64,000 bases of DNA. Source: an uncultured delta proteobacterium (GTDB lineage: Bacteria > Myxococcota_A > Polyangia > Polyangiales > Polyangiaceae). Position numbers and translations under genes: made by a program. The stretch lies in NCBI GenBank assembly GCA_963716725.1, contig CAVQUB010000012.1, positions 64,001-128,000 of the forward strand. The letters are read 5' to 3'. The notes beneath the pieces are model-generated. The model was not told where the DNA came from. It did no database searches and worked only from the letters and a program-made list of their open reading frames with translations. Of this stretch, positions 8,770 through 18,298 are shown piece by piece (within the stretch, counting starts at the first letter, position 1; each line of letters opens with the position of its first letter).

Positions 8770-10947
8770 TCAGAACGGCTTGCCCGGTTTGACCGGAGGC
8801 CGGGGTGCCATCTCGGGACGCGGCGGCGGGGGGCGCGGGGCCATCTCGGGACGCGGCGGCGGCGGACGCGGCGCAGTGTGGGTCGGCGGGGGAGGCGGGG
8901 GAGCCGTGGCGTCGCGGGGCGAGGCCGCGTTGGCGACCTCGGTGCGCGTGAAGCCGATCTGGAAGCGCTGCCCGCGCACGTTTGCATCGAAGGTCAGCTT
9001 CCGGGTCGCGTCCACGATGGCGCGCTCTCGATCGGGGTCGAGCCGAGGGTGCAGCACGGTGACCTTCGATACGCTGCCATCGGTCGCGATCCAGAGCTCG
9101 AGGTCGACGCTGTCGGCGGGCACCACGTTTCGTGCGAGCAGGGGCAGCAGCTCTTCGTCGAGGATGGGCTTGATCAACGCGGCCGGACCCTGGGGCGGTG
9201 GCGTGTCGCGGGGCGCTGGCGTCGGCGTCGGCGTCGGCGCTGCATCCGGCACGTTCCGTGGCGGGCCGGAGGCGGTGGCCGTCGGGATCGCCACCATCTC
9301 GGTGGGGTGGCTCTTCTCCTTGCAGCCTGCCGCGCCGAGCGTGACCGTGGCGACGAGCCCAGCGCTGGCTGCCACCTGCATGAAGCCGCTGGATTTCTGC
9401 CGCCTGGTGGGCCGCAGCGGGACCGTGCGGATCTCGTCCAGGAGCTCCTTGACCTTGCGCCCGAGCCGCTCGTTGTCCGCGATCACCCGCCCTCGCAGCT
9501 CGGCGGTGAAAGCGTCCCGATCGGCCGGGCCGGTCAGGCGCGCGATGCCAGCGATGAGCGCCTCGAGGTGGTCGCAGGTGTTGACGTTCACCTCGACGAT
9601 CTGTTGTTTCACCTTGCGTCGGATCGCGTCGTTTGGCTCGAAGAATCTGGCGAGCAGCTGCTGCTCGTAGTCGATCTGCATCGCCAGGTGGTGCAGCCCC
9701 TCGTCACCGTAGTTTCGTGCCTCGAAGGCGGGATACATGATCTCGAAGGCGGTCTGGGCCCGCGCGTCGGTGATCTGGTAGTCGTATCCCCAATAGTCGC
9801 CGATCAGACGATTGTCGCGGCGCAGTCGCTTCTCGAGGGGCGTGCCCGCGTAGATCTCGGTGCGACAGAAGTTCATGGCTTGGTCGGGGTGGGCCCGCAG
9901 GAACGCCACGTTTCCGGCGAGGTCTTCCAGGGTCGAGTCCGGGTTGAGCACCAAGAGGTTGAAGCAGGTATGGATCTCCAGGCCGCCCAGGATCTCGAGC
10001 GCGCGCAGGTTGTCCTCGACGGTCTGACCGCGCCCGAGGCGCCGCAGCGACTCCGCCGTGCCCGCTTCGAGGCCGAGAAAGACGCGGAACATGCCCATCT
10101 CGCGCAAGAGCTCGAAGACCTCGGCGTCCACCACGTCCGGCCGACACTTGATCGCGAAGGCGATGGGTGTCGTCACGTTACGCGCGGCCAGCGCCGATCG
10201 GAGCGCGTGCATGCGTTCGAGCATCGCGACCTTGTCGTCGAGCACGAAGTTGTCGTCGTGGAAGTTGAAGATGCGCACCCCCTGGCCGTAGAGCAGCGCC
10301 ATCTCGTCGGCGAGGTGCTCCGGTGCGCGCAGGCGCAGGCGATCGCCGCCGCAGAGCCGATGCCAGGCGGCGATGGAGCAGAAGGAGCAGTTGCGCGTGC
10401 AGCCCCGGGACGACAGGATGTTGGTGATGGGGATCCCGAGGTAGTCGTCGAAGGGATGCTTGCGGGGCGGGAAGGGCAGCACGTCGAGATCGGGGGGCTT
10501 GATCGCGTCCGCGTTCTTCACCAGACCATCTCCCTGGCGCCAGACCAGGCCCGCGACGCTCGACGGATCGGGCAGCACGTGGACCAGATCGCACAAGATG
10601 GGCTCACCTTCGCCGCAGGCCACCGAGTCGAAGGCGCGCACGTCGTTCAAGAGCTGATCGGGGTGCATGGCGGCGAAGTGGCCACCGGCGATCAGATGGC
10701 CGGGGAAGCCCAGCTCCCTCACTCGCACCGCGAGCCGAGCGAACTCCCTCGCGCGGTAGGTGAAGACCATCGAGAAGCCCACCAGCGGCGCGCCCGAGGC
10801 GACGATCTGTCGCGCGGCCTCCTCCACTTCGTCGGCGCCGTTGAAGACGACGGTCGTGACTCGGTGTCCCGCGTGTTCGAGCGCTCCTCTCAGGTAGCGC
10901 ACTGCCAGGTTCTCCTCGAACTCCGCACCGACCAGGACGACGTGCAT
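8770..10947 (-). CDS. B12-binding radical SAM enzyme with C-terminal lipoprotein/TonB-C-like extension
   Basis: N-terminal B12-binding domain (LIAGGHFA, GEGE), SRGCTRNCSFC, FHDDNF, GLEAG; internal hydrophobic segment ending AAGC. Confidence 0.9.
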   Translation of the reverse strand: MHVVLVGAEFEENLAVRYLRGALEHAGHRVTTVVFNGADEVEEAARQIVASGAPLVGFSMVFTYRAREFARLAVRVRELGFPGHLIAGGHFAAMHPDQLLNDVRAFDSVACGEGEPILCDLVHVLPDPSSVAGLVWRQGDGLVKNADAIKPPDLDVLPFPPRKHPFDDYLGIPITNILSSRGCTRNCSFCSIAAWHRLCGGDRLRLRAPEHLADEMALLYGQGVRIFNFHDDNFVLDDKVAMLERMHALRSALAARNVTTPIAFAIKCRPDVVDAEVFELLREMGMFRVFLGLEAGTAESLRRLGRGQTVEDNLRALEILGGLEIHTCFNLLVLNPDSTLEDLAGNVAFLRAHPDQAMNFCRTEIYAGTPLEKRLRRDNRLIGDYWGYDYQITDARAQTAFEIMYPAFEARNYGDEGLHHLAMQIDYEQQLLARFFEPNDAIRRKVKQQIVEVNVNTCDHLEALIAGIARLTGPADRDAFTAELRGRVIADNERLGRKVKELLDEIRTVPLRPTRRQKSSGFMQVAASAGLVATVTLGAAGCKEKSHPTEMVAIPTATASGPPRNVPDAAPTPTPTPAPRDTPPPQGPAALIKPILDEELLPLLARNVVPADSVDLELWIATDGSVSKVTVLHPRLDPDRERAIVDATRKLTFDANVRGQRFQIGFTRTEVANAASPRDATAPPPPPPTHTAPRPPPPRPEMAPRPPPPRPEMAPRPPVKPGKPF

Positions 10948-11032
10948 GCGACCACCTCCCTCTTGGGTGGCGGCAGTCTGCGCCATGCGAGGGGCCGCCG
11001 ACACCCGCGCGGCGATGAACTATGCTGCGGGG

Positions 11033-11377
11033 ATGATCGATCTCATTTGCAAGCGCACCTGAAGCACCTGCCGCAAGGCGGTCGCCTTGCTCGAAGAAAA
11101 CAAGATCGCCTACCGCTACCGGGAGTACACCGAGGAGCCCCTCGACAAAGCCGAGCTCGTGAAGGTGCTCGGCTACCTGGGGCTCGGGCCCAAGGACGTG
11201 CTGCGCAAGAACGACGCCGCGTTCAAGGACAACGGGCTGACGGGCAACGAGAGCGACGCCAAGCTGATCGCGCTCATGGTCGCTCATCCCACTCTTTTGC
11301 AGCGGCCCATCGGAGTGAAGGGCAAGCGGGCGGTGCTCGGACGACCTCCGGAGAACCTGCTGAACCTCGCGAAGTAG
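11033..11377 (+). CDS. arsC: ArsC/Spx-family reductase, predicted selenoprotein (Sec at TGA 11060-11062)
   Basis: MIDLICKRT-U-STCRKAVALLEE...LLQRPI...LGRPPE; the TGA sits at the catalytic Cys of the family CSTCRKA motif. Confidence 0.85.
11073..11090 (+). promoter_or_regulatory. Putative bacterial SECIS element
   Basis: GCAAGGC-GGTC-GCCTTGC: perfect 7-bp stem, GGUC loop starting 18 nt after the UGA. Confidence 0.75.
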
Positions 11378-11493
11378 CCCTGTGCCACCGCGCGAGCTGG
11401 CACAGTCCGCGGCGCGAGGGTCGCGTCAGGTCCCGTGAGAGCGCTGGTTGGGCGAGGGTTCCGCGTGGCACGCCGCGTGCAGCCGCGCGGGAC

Positions 11494-12954
11494 GTGAACT
11501 TGCGAGCTTGGGGCTGGTGCCTAGTGGGCCTTGCGGGCGCTGCCTGCGGATCGAGGAGCGGGATCTTCGGGATCGACGGGACTACCGCCGCGGGCGGCGC
11601 CGCGTCGGGCGGCAGCACGAGCGCTGGCGGATCGGGCGGATCGGGCGGCTCAGGCAACGTGGGCGGCTGGCTCGACGCCGCCATCGACGCGCCACCGCCT
11701 CTGCCCGACTGCATCTACGTCCAACACGGCGATCCCATCGTGCTCTTCACCTACCCCGATGGCGTGCGCACGCCGATGCTGGCGCGACTCTCCCCCGGCA
11801 GCCCGGGCGTGGCGGCGCGCATCGCCTTCGGCTTGATCCACGAGCACTTCTGGCACCCCGACATTCGGGTCGCGGATGTGTCGGTGGGTCCAGCGTGGCC
11901 CGAGGGCGTGAGCATCCCGCACCCCATGACGCTCTACGGGATCGACGCGCACTCGGGCGGTCAGCTCGTGCCGGCGGTGGATCCGCCCGGCGGCCTAGCG
12001 CTCTTCTACTACCACGCCGACGAGGCCAGCCCGAACGTGAAGCCCGGCTTGATGCTGCGCCGCTTCGACACCACCGCGTGGAAGCCCTTCAACGAGGTGT
12101 TCGTCGAGCAGCAGGGCGACTACGGCTTCGCGATCGCTCCCGGCCCGGTCGTGGCCCAGAAGAACGCGGACGGGATTGGCTACGCCGTGACCTGGCGCGG
12201 ACCCGTCGAGAACGACGGCGGCTACATCACGGCCACCTGGATCCGCCTGATCGACGCCCAGGGAGCGCCTGCGGGTGGCAGCATCGAGATCGATCCGCCG
12301 AGCGCGTACCCCGGGACGGGGGCCACCGTGGTGTGGGGTGGCGCGAGCTTCATCGTGGCCTCGAACTCTCGCGCGTGTCCCGGCGACGACGCTGCTTGCG
12401 CGAATCGCCTGACCATCTCGAGCCTGGGCAAGCTCGGGTTGACGAAGACGGCGGCTGCCACGCCGAACGCCGGCATGCGCGCGCGCACGCCGCTCTTGCG
12501 GTCGCACGACGGTAAGGCCTGGGTGGCGTGGCGGGAGCAGCTCATCTCCGCGAAGCCCGAGAACGATCCCTCGAGCATCGTGCGCCTGGTGGCCATCGAC
12601 CCGAGCGGTCAGCTTGCGCCCATCGCGTGGCAGACCGATGCTCATCCCGACGCGGGCGCTGAGCTGTCGGTCTCCGATCAGGGCGTGCTGTTGGCTTGGG
12701 GCGAGCGAGTCGATCCGAAGCTGCCACCGCAGACCGTCGGACACTCGCGGCTGCGGCTCCGGCAGTTCGGCAAAGCGGGCCAAGAGCTCCAAGAGCTGTC
12801 GATCCCGACCACCAGCCTGACCACGGGAACTGCGTATTCCGTCACGACCCTCGACCAGCCGCGGGCGTTGTTGGTGTCGTGGACCGCGCAGGGTGGAGAC
12901 GCTTCGAGCCAGTCCGTGGCGTATCTCGCGCGCTTCGACTGCGCGGCGCCGTGA
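11494..12954 (+). CDS. Lipoprotein, unknown function
   Basis: GTG start, signal ending GAAC-GSRSG, Gly linker, beta-rich body. Confidence 0.75.
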   Translation: MNLRAWGWCLVGLAGAACGSRSGIFGIDGTTAAGGAASGGSTSAGGSGGSGGSGNVGGWLDAAIDAPPPLPDCIYVQHGDPIVLFTYPDGVRTPMLARLSPGSPGVAARIAFGLIHEHFWHPDIRVADVSVGPAWPEGVSIPHPMTLYGIDAHSGGQLVPAVDPPGGLALFYYHADEASPNVKPGLMLRRFDTTAWKPFNEVFVEQQGDYGFAIAPGPVVAQKNADGIGYAVTWRGPVENDGGYITATWIRLIDAQGAPAGGSIEIDPPSAYPGTGATVVWGGASFIVASNSRACPGDDAACANRLTISSLGKLGLTKTAAATPNAGMRARTPLLRSHDGKAWVAWREQLISAKPENDPSSIVRLVAIDPSGQLAPIAWQTDAHPDAGAELSVSDQGVLLAWGERVDPKLPPQTVGHSRLRLRQFGKAGQELQELSIPTTSLTTGTAYSVTTLDQPRALLVSWTAQGGDASSQSVAYLARFDCAAP

Positions 12955-12961
12955 TCGGCTG

Positions 12962-13408
12962 GTGCGGAGTGACCTCGCACGCCGTGGACCCAAGGACGAC
13001 GGAGGGAGTCACCACGCCTTCACGCGGTGGTTCGTGCGCTGGGCGTATTCGTACGACCGGGGTCCGAGCAGGTGCGCGCTCACCGAAGTAAAGATCACGG
13101 TCGCGGTGACCTTCATCATGCCCGATTGGAGTGCGCCCCCCGAAGCGCAACCAGATCTGGTGGCGCGCTGGAACCAATATAGAACGCGTCTGCAGCGACA
13201 CGAGGATGGCCACAGGGAGCACGGCCTCGGCGCCGCCAAAGACGTGCTCTACGATCTTCAGAAGCTGCCGCCCGCATCCGACTGTGATGCCATGAACCGC
13301 CAGGCGAACGCCCGAGCCACCGGCATCCTCGGGCGATACAAACAGAAGGACAAAGACTACGACCGGGACACACGCCACGGTGCTACGCAAGGCGCCCGCT
13401 TTCCCTGA
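12962..13408 (+). CDS. DUF922-like Zn-dependent protease, apparently 5'-truncated
   Basis: RRGP..., HEDGH (HExxH), YDRDTRHGATQGA; no signal peptide. Confidence 0.7.
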   Translation: MRSDLARRGPKDDGGSHHAFTRWFVRWAYSYDRGPSRCALTEVKITVAVTFIMPDWSAPPEAQPDLVARWNQYRTRLQRHEDGHREHGLGAAKDVLYDLQKLPPASDCDAMNRQANARATGILGRYKQKDKDYDRDTRHGATQGARFP

Positions 13409-13475
13409 GCCGCGATCCAGGCACGGGGCGTGCAGTTAGCACCGATGACGCAGCACGAAGCCGCGACGAGGTGCC

Positions 13476-14561
13476 ATGAATACGCGAAACCGACCCGTTT
13501 TCGAGCTCATCTCCAGTCTCGTCTCCGGACTGCGTCCGGACCGGTCCGGACGGATCTTCTGCCTTTCGCTCGGGGCGATCGTCCTGGGCTGCTCGGCCGC
13601 GCCGGACGAGATGCTCGGCGACGAGCCCGAGACCATCACTCCCGGCGGTGAAGATCTGAAGGGCTGCCAGGGAAAGGCCTCGTCGAGCATCCCGGGTTCG
13701 GGATCTTACGTGCTCACCACCTTCGGAGGGCCGTCGGAGCCCCAGCCGCTCGCCTGCGGCGGGCACTCCAAGTCGGGTAGCTGGTACTACGCGGCGTCGC
13801 GGCAGCGATACGGCTGCGGCACCCGCATCCGTATCATGGCCAACGGCAAGTGCGTGGTGGCTCAGACCGACGACTACGGGCCGGACGTGTGCGTCGAGAA
13901 AGCTGCCGGCATGCCGGTGATGGACGTCTCCCCGCTGGTGAGCAAGCACTTGTTCGGCGAGTCCGGGCTCGGTTGGTCCGACAAGAAGAAAGTCAGCGTC
14001 GAGGTGGCACCGTCAGGAACGCCGCTCGGCCCCTGCGCGAGTGACAAGCCCGGTGGCGGCGGATCGAATACGGGCGGCGCGGGCGGCGGGGCTGGATCGA
14101 ACACCGGCGGCGCGGGCGGCGGGGCTGGATCGAACACCGGCGGCGCGGGCGGATCGAGCAGCGGCGGGTCGGCGGGCACCGGCGGCAAGGGTCTCGGGTG
14201 TACCCCGAAGCTGTGCGGATCGAGCAGCCCCACCCAAGACGGCTCCGGAGCGGAGTGCTACTGCGACGGCGGCTGCACCGGGTACGGCGACTGCTGCTCG
14301 AACTACGTGTCCGTGTGCGGTGGCAGCAGCGGCTCCGGTGGCAGCGGCGGTTCGGGTGGCAGCGGCGGTTCGGGTGGCAGCAGCGGCTCCGGGGGCAGCA
14401 GCGGCTCCGGGGGCGGCAAGGCCTGCTCCAGCGATGGGGCCTGCAATCCCGGCAATGACGGATCGGGCCTGATCTGCCTGAGCGGGCTCTGCGTGCCCGG
14501 GTGCAAGGTGAACGCCCAGTGTCCGGGGATCAAGACCTGCAAGAGCGGCAAGTGCGTGTGA
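13476..14561 (+). CDS. Lipoprotein with RlpA/expansin-like DPBB and somatomedin-B-like modules
   Basis: Lipobox VLGC; CGTRIRI..GKCVVAQTDDYGP; CYCDGGCTGYGDCCSNY; Gly-Ser repeats. Confidence 0.7.
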   Translation: MNTRNRPVFELISSLVSGLRPDRSGRIFCLSLGAIVLGCSAAPDEMLGDEPETITPGGEDLKGCQGKASSSIPGSGSYVLTTFGGPSEPQPLACGGHSKSGSWYYAASRQRYGCGTRIRIMANGKCVVAQTDDYGPDVCVEKAAGMPVMDVSPLVSKHLFGESGLGWSDKKKVSVEVAPSGTPLGPCASDKPGGGGSNTGGAGGGAGSNTGGAGGGAGSNTGGAGGSSSGGSAGTGGKGLGCTPKLCGSSSPTQDGSGAECYCDGGCTGYGDCCSNYVSVCGGSSGSGGSGGSGGSGGSGGSSGSGGSSGSGGGKACSSDGACNPGNDGSGLICLSGLCVPGCKVNAQCPGIKTCKSGKCV

Positions 14562-14696
14562 TTCGCTGTCGGCGGGGCAGCGGCGCACCCGTGTTCGCGC
14601 GCGCTCGGTGAATCTCCCCTCGATCCCAGCCTGAGCGCGTGCATCATGCGAGTCGGGAGACCGCATGAGCCGTGCCACTCACGACCGGAGCGCAGC

Positions 14697-15419
14697 GTGA
14701 GCGCGCTGTCGATCGTGCCCCTGGGCGTGGGCGACGCCTTCAGCGTGCGTTGGTATTCGTCGTGCCTGCTCATCGAGACCGAAGGCGAACGACTGCTGGT
14801 CGACTGTCCGCACCCAATCCGTAAGATCCTCAGTGAGGGGACCGCGGGACGAGTCGATCTCGGCGACATCTCCGGCGTGGTGCTCACGCACCTGCACGCC
14901 GATCACGCCTCGGGGCTCGAGGGCTTCGCCTACTTCGTCCGCTTCGCGCTCGGCCGCCGTGCGCAACTGGTGTTGCATCCGAGCGTGCAGGCGCGCCTCT
15001 GGGAGGGGCATCTCGCCGCGGGAATGGAGATGCTCGGGGACAGTCCGATGCAGCTCGAAGACTACTTCGACCTCACCGCGCTCGACCTCGATCGCCCCGT
15101 TCGCTTCGGCAAGTTCGAGATTGCGTGTCGCACCACGCGCCACCCGATCCCGACGACGGCGCTCCGGATTTCGGCGGGCGGCCGAGAGATCGGGATCAGC
15201 TCGGACACGAGCTTCGATCCGGAGCTGATCGAGTGGCTGGGGCACTCGGATCTGATCGTGCACGAGACGAATCTCGGCATCCACACTCCCTACGAAGAAC
15301 TCGCGCGGCTCCCGGCGGAGCTCCGAAGCCGCATGCGACTCACGCACTTTCCGGACGACTTCGATGGGGACGCTTCCGTCATCGCCGTGCTCGAGCAGGG
15401 CGTGCGCGTCGTGGTTTGA
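14697..15419 (+). CDS. MBL-fold metallo-hydrolase (RNase Z-like)
   Basis: THLHADH, SSDT, HE and LTH motifs. Confidence 0.85.
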   Translation: MSALSIVPLGVGDAFSVRWYSSCLLIETEGERLLVDCPHPIRKILSEGTAGRVDLGDISGVVLTHLHADHASGLEGFAYFVRFALGRRAQLVLHPSVQARLWEGHLAAGMEMLGDSPMQLEDYFDLTALDLDRPVRFGKFEIACRTTRHPIPTTALRISAGGREIGISSDTSFDPELIEWLGHSDLIVHETNLGIHTPYEELARLPAELRSRMRLTHFPDDFDGDASVIAVLEQGVRVVV

Positions 15420-15426
15420 CGACGGC

Positions 15427-17205
15427 CTAGTGCGACGCAAACCCCGTGTCGATCACCTCGCAGCTCCCGCTCTGGAGCCAGGTGGAGAAGCAGTGGGCCA
15501 CGGCGTTTTGCGAGTATTCCTGCACGATCAGCGCGCCGTGGCGCGAGCCCGCGGGAACCTCGTTCATGGGGTTGTGCACCAAGATGCGCGTCGCTTTTTG
15601 GCCGTCGGTGGCGAAGGCGAAGTTGTCGCTCGCCGGGAGCGCGAGCTCGGTCATCCCGGCGACCTCGTGCTGGGACGGCAGCGCCAACGCCGCGCCGAAG
15701 GCCCGCGCCCACTGGTCGCTCGACGGCTCGGGGATGACCGGATCCGCGCTGGCCTGCATGAACAGCGCCGGCCTTGGGCGCGCGCTTCGATCTTCGACCC
15801 GGAGCGCGTAGGCCAGCGGATCAGCTCCATCGAGAACGACCTCCGCCAGCCCGAGCAACGTCTCCCGCTCGGGCGTCGGGCGGTTCACGATGTTGGCCAC
15901 CAAGAGCGAGAACAGACCCTTCGCGACGATCTCGGGATAGCCCCCGGCGGCCACGAAGAGCGCCGCGGCCTTCACGTTCTTGGTGGTGGCAAAGGTCATG
16001 CTGCCGGAGATGCCACCGAGCGAGAGTCCCATGTAGAAGCCACGGGTTGCATCGAGAGCCGACTTGGTGCTCAGCGCGGGCTCGAGGGCCGCGTTGAGCT
16101 CAGCGACTCCGGTGAAGATGGCCATGTGGTCCGCGACGGTCTGCCGGAAGTTGTCGCGGGTCTTGGCGAGGTCGTCGAAGTTCACGAAATCGAGATCGGT
16201 CCCGCCGGCGCCCTGCGCGCGGTCGCCGTGATAGGGGAGGTCGATAGCTACCAACGCGAAGCCTGCTTCGGCCAGGGGGCGTGCGAGCTGGAGTACATCG
16301 GTCTTGTTTTGGCCGCCGCCGTGCTGAAAGAGCACGAAGGGGTGCGGTGCGCTGCCCTTTGCGGGCAACACCACCACGAAGCCCGGCTTGGTGACGCCGG
16401 TGGCTTCGGGAGCCCCGTCGGAGCCGCGCTGAAACACGCCGTTTTCGTCGGCGTAGGCCGGCAACTCGAGGATCCCGGTGGCGGCGGTTGGCGCCAGCGA
16501 CGGCGCCACGTCCGCCGGGGGCGCGGCGGCTCCGAAGGACGCGAGCGTTCGGGCTTCCACCTTGGCGACCTTCATCACCGGAGCCTGGGAGACGCGAGCG
16601 TAGAGCCGCACCAGATCCTGCGGCGTGGTGGCGATCCGAAATGGCAACGCCAGCGCCGCGTCGGTGTCCGCCGGGAGCGATTGCATGGCGGCGGCGTAGG
16701 CCGCAGCTTCACCACAAGCGGGCAAGGCTTTGGCGCCCGAGATCGCGCCGGCGCCGACGGTGAGCACGACCTCGGTGACGCCGGGCGGCACGGGGTCGCG
16801 CGGTTGGACCACCAGCGTCGTGCCTTCCTCGGAGAGAACGGCGCTCAGCACCGAGCCGAGATCGGTCATTGCGTCGTTGCCCTGCACGCCGAAGAGCCGA
16901 AGCTGAGTGGCATCGACACTCGAGGCCGGCGCGTCGAGCGGCAGCACCAGGGTTGGCCGCGCCGGCCACCCATCGACCAGCGAGAGCTGCGCTGCCCACT
17001 CGGGCTTCACCTCGGCGACCATCGCCACCGCGAAGTCGTTGGCTGGGGGCTCGAGCCGCGCGCTCTTGTGCCAGGCGGGCGTGGGGAACGCCAAGACCTT
17101 CGATGTGTCGGCGCAATGCCCGGCGCTGGCCGTTGCGTCGTCGTCCCCGCCGCAACCCCAGGCGAAAAGCGAGAACACGAGGACTCCGAAGAAGGGTGCT
17201 TTCAT
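15427..17205 (-). CDS. Alpha/beta-hydrolase lipoprotein
   Basis: Lipobox AWGC; FQHG, IDLPYHGDR, GLSLG nucleophile elbow. Confidence 0.8.
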   Translation of the reverse strand: MKAPFFGVLVFSLFAWGCGGDDDATASAGHCADTSKVLAFPTPAWHKSARLEPPANDFAVAMVAEVKPEWAAQLSLVDGWPARPTLVLPLDAPASSVDATQLRLFGVQGNDAMTDLGSVLSAVLSEEGTTLVVQPRDPVPPGVTEVVLTVGAGAISGAKALPACGEAAAYAAAMQSLPADTDAALALPFRIATTPQDLVRLYARVSQAPVMKVAKVEARTLASFGAAAPPADVAPSLAPTAATGILELPAYADENGVFQRGSDGAPEATGVTKPGFVVVLPAKGSAPHPFVLFQHGGGQNKTDVLQLARPLAEAGFALVAIDLPYHGDRAQGAGGTDLDFVNFDDLAKTRDNFRQTVADHMAIFTGVAELNAALEPALSTKSALDATRGFYMGLSLGGISGSMTFATTKNVKAAALFVAAGGYPEIVAKGLFSLLVANIVNRPTPERETLLGLAEVVLDGADPLAYALRVEDRSARPRPALFMQASADPVIPEPSSDQWARAFGAALALPSQHEVAGMTELALPASDNFAFATDGQKATRILVHNPMNEVPAGSRHGALIVQEYSQNAVAHCFSTWLQSGSCEVIDTGFASH

Positions 17206-17305
17206 GGCGCTGGCGCGAAGAATGCCCGATGCTGTTCGAAGCGCCAACTGGCGGCGAGAGCGATTGGGAGCGCGACGCGCCCCGCAGTGAGTACGCGCCG
17301 CCGGG

Positions 17306-18298
17306 TCAACTGCGGCTGAACACCACGGGTATCGAGACCGTTGTTGCCTTTCCCGAGGTCGGGAAGGTCCAGCCGCGGGCCTGCTCCGCGATGCAGGAGC
17401 CGAGGCCGGGAAACCCGGCCGGGTTGGACGCGCTCGCGCGCTGCACGGCTCCCGATGGCGCGATCACCAAGGTCAGCGTGATCCGCGCCGTACTCGGAGC
17501 GCCTGCTCCGTTCGCCACGGGCGCCCAGCAGCGCTGCCGAAGCGACGACGACCTTTGCTTCACGACCTTGGAGATTGCGGTCGAAGTCAGCGCGTGTTGG
17601 TCCACGGACGGTTGATCCAGGTCGGTGGAGATCGGCGGCGACTTCAGGGCTCGCTCGCCCGTAAAAGTGATGGGCACGTTCACGCGAGTCGTCGCTGTGG
17701 ATTTCGGAAAACGCCAACGCCGCGCTTCGGTGGCGACGCAGCGTCCCAGTGAGAGATCGCTGGTCGGGTCGCCCTGGATCGTCGCCGACGAGACCGCGCC
17801 GTCCGGCCCAATGGTCAGCGCCATCGCCAGGCGAGCTTCCGGCTGCTCGACGCCCTTGGCCAAGAGCGGCTGCCAGCACTGCCGGTCCAGCGCGCTGCGC
17901 TTCGCATTCACCACCGCGAGCGCGTCGCTCGAGCTCAGGCGCTCTTTCTGCGGGTCGGCGACTCCCGTCTGCTGTCCCGTTGACGGCGGCAAGTCGAGCC
18001 CCGACCATGGATCGATCGCCTCGTGATTGTCGATGCTCGCACCCGCTAGCGGCGCATCGGTCTCGACCGGCTCGCGCGTCACGTGCAGGTCCCCGTCGCG
18101 GGAACGCGCGAGCAGCACGATCACACCTGCCGCCACCGCCACCAGGCCAGCAGCGGCTCCGAGCCGAGCGCGCCGCCGCCGCTGGTGGACGACCGGCCGC
18201 CAGGTGCCGTCGAAACGCAGCACCGCCAGCGTGTCCTCCAGCTCCCGGATCGCAGGCTCCGGATCGCCAGTCGGGTCCCAGAGGTAGTCGTCACTCAT
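17306..18298 (-). CDS. Putative anti-sigma factor with two AgmX/PglI-C (TonB-C-like) domains
   Basis: YLWD N-terminus, one TM helix, two LxxCW...W.FP domains; overlaps the ECF gene. Confidence 0.7.
   Translation of the reverse strand: MSDDYLWDPTGDPEPAIRELEDTLAVLRFDGTWRPVVHQRRRRARLGAAAGLVAVAAGVIVLLARSRDGDLHVTREPVETDAPLAGASIDNHEAIDPWSGLDLPPSTGQQTGVADPQKERLSSSDALAVVNAKRSALDRQCWQPLLAKGVEQPEARLAMALTIGPDGAVSSATIQGDPTSDLSLGRCVATEARRWRFPKSTATTRVNVPITFTGERALKSPPISTDLDQPSVDQHALTSTAISKVVKQRSSSLRQRCWAPVANGAGAPSTARITLTLVIAPSGAVQRASASNPAGFPGLGSCIAEQARGWTFPTSGKATTVSIPVVFSRS

Noticed and set aside
8878..11493. N-terminal part of the 1358-aa + strand ORF and other long shadow ORFs (e.g. 43800-47027, 41482-43113, 62003-63607)
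   Set aside because: Antisense or alternate-frame shadows of real genes, common at high GC
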